In this document: positions 12,512 through 21,000 of the stretch, in pieces
Position numbering within the stretch: the first letter of the stretch is position 1
Layout: each line of letters starts with the position of its first letter
Assembly (NCBI GenBank): GCA_946965045.2
Contig: OX337229.1
Span: forward strand, 6,138,001 to 6,202,000
Reading direction: 5' to 3'
DNA length: 64,000 nt
Source: Epithemia pelagica
Taxonomy: Eukaryota > Protista > Bacillariophyta
Notes under the pieces: generated by a model
Database searches by the model: none
The model's input: the letters and a program-made list of their open reading frames with translations, nothing else
What the model was told of the DNA's origin: nothing
Translations under genes and position numbers: made by a program

Positions 12512-12640
12512 ACGGTTATTAAAGACTAAATGGAAGGGCTCGTTTAGACCTAATACCTATTAGGTTACTTACTGGAACGGTTATTAAAGATTAAACGGGA
12601 CGGTTATTAAAGACCTAATGCCTATTATGTTACTTATCGA
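12512..12640 (+). repeat. Short direct repeats: ACGGTTATTAAAGA x3 and AGACCTAATRCCTATTAKGTTACTTA x2
   Basis: The 14-mer is exact at 12512, 12577 and 12600, in an AT-rich intergenic spacer. Confidence 0.85.
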
Positions 12641-12756
12641 AAATATCCGTCCATACGTTCTCGCTCTATCTTTCCTACGTGACACAACTTGTTTTATGTA
12701 TAAGTACAATTTGTTTCTATATTGAATATTTTTGTACTAAATATCCGATACATAGT

Positions 12757-13266
12757 TTAACTATTGTTCACTAAGTCTTCGTAGCGTTTACGATGTTCTT
12801 TCTCGGACTCTTCTAGTGTCTTCAAAGCATTCGACTCCCGCTGGATTGTTGTCCCTTCGGAAGTTTGCTTCCGTGTGGTACTCTTGTTGTCGTTCTTCGT
12901 TTGTTTTGGCAGAAACATTTCCATCTTGAGCTGGACTAGCTTGTTTTTCTTTGTTGGCACTGGGACATGACGTGACTTCTCGTCGTCGTAGTGAAGAGTA
13001 CACGATCCGTCACTGTACTCCGTGATTGCAACGATCCTGTTGTCCCATACCACTCCACTTGGATCTACAGTAACAGGACTGTTCCTGTTACTGTTATGTT
13101 TGTTGTCACTCGGCCCATTGAGCTTCTGCTTTTTGCGTTGTTGTGTATCTTCACCTTCTTTCTGTAGGTAACGCAAAAAACCCTTAAGAGGAGATGTTGG
13201 TAGGTCCTCTTCTTCATCTTTTTCAATCGTTGCGATCACACGGGCGACGAGATCTTCGTTTGCCAT
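12757..13266 (-). CDS. Orphan protein with PIP-box-like motif (QLKMEMFL); paralog of 11783-12379
   Basis: ORF track 12757-13323; the likely start is MANEDL (ATG at 13266), by alignment with the paralog. Confidence 0.65.
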   Translation of the reverse strand: MANEDLVARVIATIEKDEEEDLPTSPLKGFLRYLQKEGEDTQQRKKQKLNGPSDNKHNSNRNSPVTVDPSGVVWDNRIVAITEYSDGSCTLHYDDEKSRHVPVPTKKNKLVQLKMEMFLPKQTKNDNKSTTRKQTSEGTTIQRESNALKTLEESEKEHRKRYEDLVNNS

Positions 13267-13436
13267 CGTTGCTTGTTGGTTGTTTGGTTTCTTGTTTCTT
13301 GCCTGTGTGGACACTCGACCCACTATATCGCTAGAGTACGGGACAGTCTAAATACACAAGACTATCTAAGCCCTACGTTGTCAAAGCAGAGTAAGTAAGC
13401 ATATGTGTCTACTAAATTAATTAAGCTAATCTGGTA

Positions 13437-14018
13437 CTACGACATGATGGACCCATCATCTTCGACATTTTTAATTCGGTCTTCCATGTCACATACACGA
13501 AGATTTAACAGTTTCAATTCTTTCACAATTTCGAGAAGTATGCCTTGTGTCTCATCTCTGGCGGTTGTCTCGCGTGCACTTGTACGATAACGACGTGAAG
13601 AATGCAAGGGAATCTCGGAAGGAATTTCATCAGGAGTAGGCGACTCATGCGTCGGTGAATCTTTGTTTTGGCGATCCTCCCTTGTGTCTTCTGTCGGTTG
13701 GGTTTCTTCAATTATGTTGACGTTCCTTTTCGCTTGGTTGATAATATACTCGTTACAGAACACTTGGTAGAATGGATTTGTCTGTACACTGGTCCGCGCC
13801 GATCTTGGGTCACGGGGCAATCTTAAATTTTTGGGTTGGTAGGAAGATTTCTGTCCATCTGCAAATTGGAGTGTCACACGCTTCCTCGATCCAATGGTCT
13901 CTGGAACACGAGTGACCCATCCCAGGTAGTTCTTGCGACTGGAGGAACGAGAGTTCACCACCGCGATATCACCAATATTCCATACACATACACGATCCCC
14001 GCCACAGGATTCACTCAT
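13437..14018 (-). CDS. Orphan protein: N-terminal KOW/SH3-like beta-barrel, C-terminal coiled coil
   Basis: WNIGDIAVVN...LGWVTRV...RVTLQFADG...YQPKNL pattern; heptad ILLEIVKELKLLNLRVCDMEDRIKNVE. Confidence 0.5.
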   Translation of the reverse strand: MSESCGGDRVCVWNIGDIAVVNSRSSSRKNYLGWVTRVPETIGSRKRVTLQFADGQKSSYQPKNLRLPRDPRSARTSVQTNPFYQVFCNEYIINQAKRNVNIIEETQPTEDTREDRQNKDSPTHESPTPDEIPSEIPLHSSRRYRTSARETTARDETQGILLEIVKELKLLNLRVCDMEDRIKNVEDDGSIMS

Positions 14019-14366
14019 TTTTCAAAATGGATTTTATAAGACCGAATCATGATAGAATGAGGATCAACGCTCAATTTTGTTAGCGATTTGGTCCTTTATG
14101 GCGATAATGTAACCTGTATGGCGATCATGTCTGGCAGTATCGCCAGTTGTAATTAACATATTGTCGTCTATTTTTAGCGAGGGACTACTATTGTCCAGTA
14201 CAAACGACACATGACTCGTGTTTTAGCTTTTTTGGTGTCTTCGACCTTTTTTCGTGCCTTTTTTGGATGGTCGATTCACCATGAGACGACAAGCACACAC
14301 GGTATCGGACGGTTGTTACATTTTGATCTTTAGGTTAGACGTAGGCGTAGGTTAGGTTCATAAAAC

Positions 14367-15323
14367 ATGTCATCTGACAACAAAAAGGGTGGAAACAAAC
14401 GCAAAAGCGAGGTCATTGACCTCACTGCATCGCCGGAGGAAGATCGTAAACGGCCTGCCCAGGACAGCATCAACAACGAGGAAGATCACAAACGGCCTGC
14501 CCAGGACACCAACAATAACAACAACGACAACAGCGGAACTACAAACGACAACAACAAACCTACAAACAACAACGACAACGACAACAATAACGATCACGAG
14601 GGGATGGCTGCAGAGGAGACTACGGACAACAACAACGAGAATGATGGTTCCCGGTCTTCGCCAGATGTCGTACAGTCTACTGGCGAAGTAGTAGAGGGAC
14701 TGACTCGGGCACAATTACGCGGTGGAGTACGAACGCAAATTACTCAACGTGTGAACTTTCCAGAACGGCCGACACATCCCATCCCTATGACAGAGCCAGT
14801 CGCTTGGCGACGTGAACCGGCTGAGCAGGAACCGCTGACACGACGTTTCAAGATGCATGACTATCCGGGACTCTATGAACCAACCGGTCACTTCAACGAT
14901 CTTATTGTTGGATTTCTTCGTGGGAAGGGGTTTCGTGATACTCCCCAGGGTAGATTGTTGCAAGTTTCACCAAGTGAGAGACTGGAGCGAGATCATTGTC
15001 CTATGGTGGTAGTAGATGGTGCGCATTTGGCTCGTGTTGATTTTTATCGGTGTGGTCCCCATATTGACAGGGAACGAATCTTCACTTTCCCGGAGTACTA
15101 TTGTTATCAGACTGTGGAGACCTACGTCATGTATTCCATGGGTGTGGGAATTTTGCGTATCGTGAGTTCCTCAAAATATGTTCATATTTTCAAACGCAAC
15201 GCTGATTCGCCGTGGGATTACCTGGGGCATCGAACAATCGCGACTGATAATATGGTGATCCGTACTTGTATGATTACTCAGGATCTTAAATTCACGGGAT
15301 TCATGAGTACTTATCCGTTGTAA
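14367..15323 (+). CDS. Orphan protein with NLS-like KRK, SIM-like VIDLT, N-rich disordered region and a C-terminal domain shared with 15403-16205
   Basis: 318-aa intronless ORF; DGAHLARVDFY...QTVETYVMY...LRIVSSSKYVHIF...W..LGH block. Confidence 0.65.
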   Translation: MSSDNKKGGNKRKSEVIDLTASPEEDRKRPAQDSINNEEDHKRPAQDTNNNNNDNSGTTNDNNKPTNNNDNDNNNDHEGMAAEETTDNNNENDGSRSSPDVVQSTGEVVEGLTRAQLRGGVRTQITQRVNFPERPTHPIPMTEPVAWRREPAEQEPLTRRFKMHDYPGLYEPTGHFNDLIVGFLRGKGFRDTPQGRLLQVSPSERLERDHCPMVVVDGAHLARVDFYRCGPHIDRERIFTFPEYYCYQTVETYVMYSMGVGILRIVSSSKYVHIFKRNADSPWDYLGHRTIATDNMVIRTCMITQDLKFTGFMSTYPL

Positions 15324-15402
15324 GACGGTGGTAATCTATTAGATATGTATGACTAAAATTATAGTTCATGTACTGAAACATTGAGACTATAATTAAGGTT
15401 AT

Positions 15403-16205
15403 CTAGGTACGGTAAGGAGGATAAGACATTCGGAAAGAGCATTGGGGGTAGACCTCCACACCATTAAATGCGGGAGATACGAGAATACCGGATTCCACGG
15501 AGAATCGTTCTTCGTCCGTTGAGTGGTGGATGGGCATATGATTCACCAATGTCCACGACTCATCCCTCTTATTGAACAGGTACACTTTGGGGGCAGATGT
15601 CACTAATTTGGCGATGGGGTGGTTGTCTTCGTAAATAATTGAAGTCTTCACTACTTGGATTGCCTCCCAATCTTCTCGGCCGATGTAACCAGGAACAGCT
15701 GTTTGGTACAAATCTAGACGAATCAGATACTTTCCATCAGGAATACCGCGTGTTCCACCATGTCTCGTGCGGTCAGAGAATTCTGTACCGTTCTCGTGAC
15801 GGAGTGAAGCAGCGACAGCAGGGTCAAAGCCTTCGATTTCTGTGAGAAGCGCGGTGATGACCTGCATCGCATCACGGACAGGCGGACTGCAGTTCCGAAA
15901 CACAAAGGTACGAGAAAAGCGAGTGTTGAATGCCAGACGGCCGTGGGAGAGGGGGGGGGGATCCAACCAGTTGCGGACAACGTAGCTCTCACGTTAAGAG
16001 GATGTGCAGAAGAGTGAGCGGTCGCGGATTCCGTGTCCACGGGAGGAGATATGACAAAGCGGTCATTGATTGCTGTACCATGGTTACCACGGTGGTTGCC
16101 ATGATTGGAACGAGCCTGTGAAGGATCTGTTCCTTCATGGTCACCTTGGACAGGCTCATTTTGTTGAATTGAGTCGTAAAGACCATTGTTATTGTGAGTG
16201 CTCAT
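15403..16205 (-). CDS. Convergent paralog of 14367-15323; probably one gene interrupted by a frameshift in a C10 run (15951-15960)
   Basis: DGKYLIRLDLY...QVVKTSIIY...AKLVTSAPKVYLF...W.LVNH block. The upstream MSTHNNN frame (ATG 16205) joins it if one C is added, giving 267 aa. Confidence 0.55.
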
Positions 16206-16416
16206 TGTCAAAATGAGTTTTGTAAAAACTATGACGACGATCTTAAGGGGAAAGGAAGGTGCCGTGTAACGCCAGAGAGCACTACTCCGCTGTGTCGGAA
16301 ACACGGCATACCCCACTACCATGTACTCCACCTGCTTGGAGCTATGTTCGCTTAAACTCCACTCTATGCTGATGGTATGAGGTAATGAAATCTATGTTAT
16401 TGTAGACTATATCAAA

Positions 16417-17171
16417 TTATGTACTGGCAGGAGTTACTCGCGGGTGAATTGTAGGAGTGTTGTTTTGTGTGGATGGTGGTGGAGTGTTTGGCGATCGATT
16501 TCCACGTTTGGTGGTGATTCCGTCTTTCTGAAATTGACGGAACACGCCAGCTACCCCTTTGCGTTGAAGAAAGGGATCCCATTTGAGACAGAATGCCTCG
16601 ATGTCGTCCGACCACGAACCGAACTCAACGCCATGATGAGTAGCTATGCCCCGTACGATAGTCTGGACACGAGAGTACAATGTCTTGTCGCTTTGTTGAT
16701 ATGGTTTCCGCCAATGGAATTGGAATTTCAGTTCAAGACCATGGAATCCAAGTTTCACTGGTTGATCCTGTCGTTCGCCAAGACCAAAAAACTCAAAGTA
16801 CAAACGCTTCATCGTTAGTCGGTGTCTTGCAACATGGGTGCACGGTAGTTTCATACCGAGGAAATTTTCGATATTGTCTTCCGACGGAGAGGGATTGTTC
16901 GGAGAAACATTCGGGGGGTCATTAGTTGGAGTGTCAGACTCGGGGGAAGGGTGTACGGTATTGGGTGACGGAAGAGTACATGGGAAGGCGGCTGCAAATG
17001 CATCTTGTTGTGGTGAAGGTGGTGGGAAGGCGGCTGCAAATGCATCTTGTGGTGAAGGTGGTGGAGGAGGCACTGGTTGTCGGGCTGGTGAAGAGATTTC
17101 ATTGGTGGGGTCAGTATCTGTGACATCGTTGCATTCGTTTTCATTCGTGGAGAAGGTGATTCGAGCTGCAT
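16417..17171 (-). pseudogene. 3' part of the Crypton-type tyrosine recombinase gene (GCR1_C-like C-terminal DNA-binding domain), cut off by the copia B insertion
   Basis: LTMKRLYFEFFGLG...PVKLGFHGLELKFQFHWR...LYSRVQTIVRGI resembles GCR1_C. The frame joins 33183 precisely when the LTR element and one GCAT copy are removed (EATQH-A-ARITF). Confidence 0.8.
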
Positions 17172-17267
17172 TGAATAAATCCCGCCAACAGGTCGCATAT
17201 TGGCGGATACATGGTCGCATATTGGCGAATATGCATCGCCTACATATGCTGCTACGCATCTAGTTTT

Positions 17268-18050
17268 TGTTACAATTCTTTCTGAATCGTAGGGACATTG
17301 ATGCTCGGTAGAGCAGACAATCAGGTAGGTCACCAACCGATACAAGCTTCTCAGGGTCAGAGAAGCAAGCAAGTCGAAGTCTATCAGAAGGATAGTCGGG
17401 ACACAAAAGAGGATGTGATAAATGGTGATATTGTTAGATTGTGTGTTGATTACTACGATAGGTCTACGTGAAATGTTCGGTCCTGCCAAGGGTCATGTAT
17501 CATAGGTTCTTGGCGGCAACAGGTTTGGAATAGTTGGAGTTGATTCATGTGATGTATATGACATGTATATGTGGGCGGATAACATATACAGGGTCAACAG
17601 CTCTTGCTTTGGGTTGGCATAGTTGTTTTCATGGCGCGCAGCTTGTTGACAATTTGGAGATTGTGGGAATGGAAATATGGTCTCGCGTGATCGTGTGTCG
17701 TGCTTGGGATACTTAGACCGTTGGATCGGATAGATGCCGATAGCGCTCGGATGTCGCTTGGGCGCGCTCGATGATTTCGGGCGCGTACGCTTAGGGCGTT
17801 AGTACAGTGTCCGAGCAACGGCCAAATTTACGTCCGTTGTAATACCGCACGACCCAATTTAGTCTTGAGAGTGAGTTCGTCAATCTATTCTCACTTTTCA
17901 TGATTTGCGAAGAAATATAGGTCGATATAGCGCGAAGCTAGGAAACATAGCTCGAAGCTAGAGGGCATGATGCGATAGCACGAGGCTATGTGACATGGGG
18001 AATCGATGAGATGTAGAATCTAACCACCATAGACGGTGAGAATTCTAACA
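17268..18050 (-). repeat. 3' LTR of copia A
   Basis: Direct repeat of 25415-26197 (offset 8147); the gag-pol stop codon falls inside it. Confidence 0.95.
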
Positions 18051-21000
18051 CTCCCCACAACTCGTCGTTTCAGCCTTGTCATCATTGGATTTGTTGAGGT
18101 CTTGAACTTCTCCTTTCCAAAACAACAATGGCTTGAGCATGGGCCAGATAGATACGAAATCCCAATGTTTGCTAAGGATATCGGCGGGGTTGGTCTTTCC
18201 ATCTTTCCAGTAGAATGCAACATACTTTGCTGCGATGGCTTCACGAACTCGGTGGTATGACAGAAGATGGTGTCTCTTGGATAGTATGGAATGAGGAACG
18301 GTTGCATTGAGCACAACAGATCTGTTATCTCCGTACATGTAACTTCGCTCTCGGATAGGTACTCCAAGGTAGCGGAGAGAATGTCGTAATTCTGTAATCT
18401 GATCTATTGCTGTCCTTGCAGCCACGAACTCGGATCCATAGGTAGCAGTTTCCACTGTGCTCTGTCTCTTGCTGTACCAGTCAATAGGTGTTCCGTTCAA
18501 CAAATGTAGAACAGCAGTGACGGATTTACCAGTGACTATGTCATGCATGAGATTGGCATCAACATAATGAGTTGTAGTAACATAGCGGCCAAGAGGTGTT
18601 GGGCAGTCTTCAGGAATACGTTCACTTGCATTCGAATAGACAGTGCGAGTCCAATCAAATTCTTGGGTAGGAAGACTTGAATAATCAGGCTCTCCAATCC
18701 TAAATCTGATTGCGCCTTCTGGGAGATGTGCAAGGTATCCATAGATACGCTTGGCTCTATCAAGATGTCCTTTCCTCGGAGCAGCACGAAAGCGTGATAG
18801 CGTCATTGTAGCGGTGAAGACGTCGAAACGACCAATAGTGATCACCCATTGAAGTTGTCCAATCAGAGTTTGGAAATGGTTAGTACCTTCTTCATCAAGG
18901 AGCTCAGAATCGTCCAATTCAGGATGGTCTCCACCAATAAGAGGTGTTTTGGCTTTCTTGGGTTTCTCCTTGAAGACTCGTTCGAAAGTGTCCATCATCT
19001 TACCAATGTAGCGTCTTGGATCTGCTACTAATGTTCCATCAGAATCCTTGGTGTAACAACATCCCAAGTGGAAATCAATAGGTCCATCTCCTTTGAGTTT
19101 GAAGTTGTATTTCTCCTTCAGGATCTTGCAGATATTCCCAGGATCAGTAGAAATAATGGCTAAGTCATCAACGTATACGGCAATGTATTCGTAACAGTCT
19201 TCTCCAGGTGCCTTCCTCATCCAGATATCCGGATCTGCTTTGCTTGGTGAAAATCCCATGTCTGTCAAAACATCGAATAAGACATCATGCCAGCGTGCGC
19301 CTGATGACTTCAATCCATAAAGTGCCTTGTATATAATCAGGATGTGACCTTCTAATTCCTTGAATTCAGGTCCTGCGACAATGAAAAGTTTCTCCCCTGT
19401 CAAGGCTTCCAGATATGCGTTTCCAATATCTGCTCCCCATATTTCCAAGTCATTCAAAGTACCCAGGAATAAGGCAATGCGGAGGTTGCGAATGGAAACA
19501 ACACCTGAATAGATTGTCTCAACAGGTTCTTTTGTGAGATGTCCATCTGCGACAAGTCTTGCTTTATGTCGTCCATCATGTTTTACGTCAAAGACAAGAT
19601 GTACACGTATCTTATGATATCCTTCAGGTGCATTGGATACTTTCCCTTTAATGAAGATGGCTTTCCCAAAATCCTTGAATGTCTTGTAGGACTGGATCTG
19701 TGACAATTCTAATTCTGTTGCATCTTGCCACTTTGTGTTGCCATGTTGTTTATCAAGAGTGACAGCTTCCTCATAATTGCGTGGTACTTGGAATCCAAAC
19801 TTATACTTGACGGAATGGTGAACTTGTTTAATCCTTGACTGTTTGGCTGCTCGAATGAGACGTTTGCTTGTTTTGACATAACGTTTCAAATGCTTCCATC
19901 CAGGTTCGTTGAGTAAATCATGTTTCTTTCCATAAATTGCTACAGTGATCGGATCATCATTGGCGATGAGTGATAAAGGTTCATAGGTAGTCTCCCCAGT
20001 TTCCCAATCAACAAGCAAATTATATTTGCTCCCCTTGTAATCTGGATCAGTTGTGTTCAGTGGGCCTTGATGGGCAATGACGTCCCTGAACCTGAAAAGA
20101 TTATCTCCAGAGGTTTGAGCTTGGTTATCTCGTTCGATATACTCCATGAGTTGATTATAGGATATCATCTCATCAACATCAGAATTTGTCTTTCGGTAGA
20201 TATACTTGACACGTTCTTCCTGTTTCGTTGCTTCTTCATTAAGATCAATGACTCGTTTGATGACACGTGCACGGTGTCGCTCCCCATTTTCTTCTGTGTC
20301 GCATAGGAATGTGCGTCCTATCATGTCGTCAAAATCGATCGTGGGCATTGGTTTGGATGGATCTTCACTATCACTGCGAATGAAGACAGTGTCAGCTTGC
20401 TTATCATTGTCATCCTTGTCAGACGAATCCTCCCCTGAAGGTCGATCCACACGTAGGTTAGGTGTAGTGGATTCAACACGGCGAACGGCAGAACGGTAGA
20501 TGATCTGGTTATCCTGGGTGAGAATCTTCCAAGTAAAAGAATCACCAACGTTGTGAGCAAAACCAACCCAGTGGCCAAGTTTCTCATCAGAAGAAGATGG
20601 ATATGAACCGGAATTGGGTTCAGCGGGGTCGACACGATAGTAAACCTCATCCCAGAAAGGAAAGAACAAGAGATGAGTAATGTCGGGTGGGCGTCCGGAG
20701 AGAGCCTCAAGAGGAGTGCGACCGGAGTGGGTGGGTGATGACGTATGGTTCAATAAGTCACAGACATACTCAAGGCAAAGAAGCCAGGTGTTGGCAGGGC
20801 AACCAGTGGCATTCATGAGAGCGTTGGTCATACGTTTAACGGTCTGGTAACGGTTTTCAGCCTTATTCTGGTGTTGATGATAAGGTTCGGATCGATACTC
20901 CCCAATAAGCAAAGTGCGAAGAATGTCTTTAACCTTTTGAGAGATGAGAGATGAACCACCATCACTGATAAGAGTCTCCATGGCACCACGAAACCGGATG

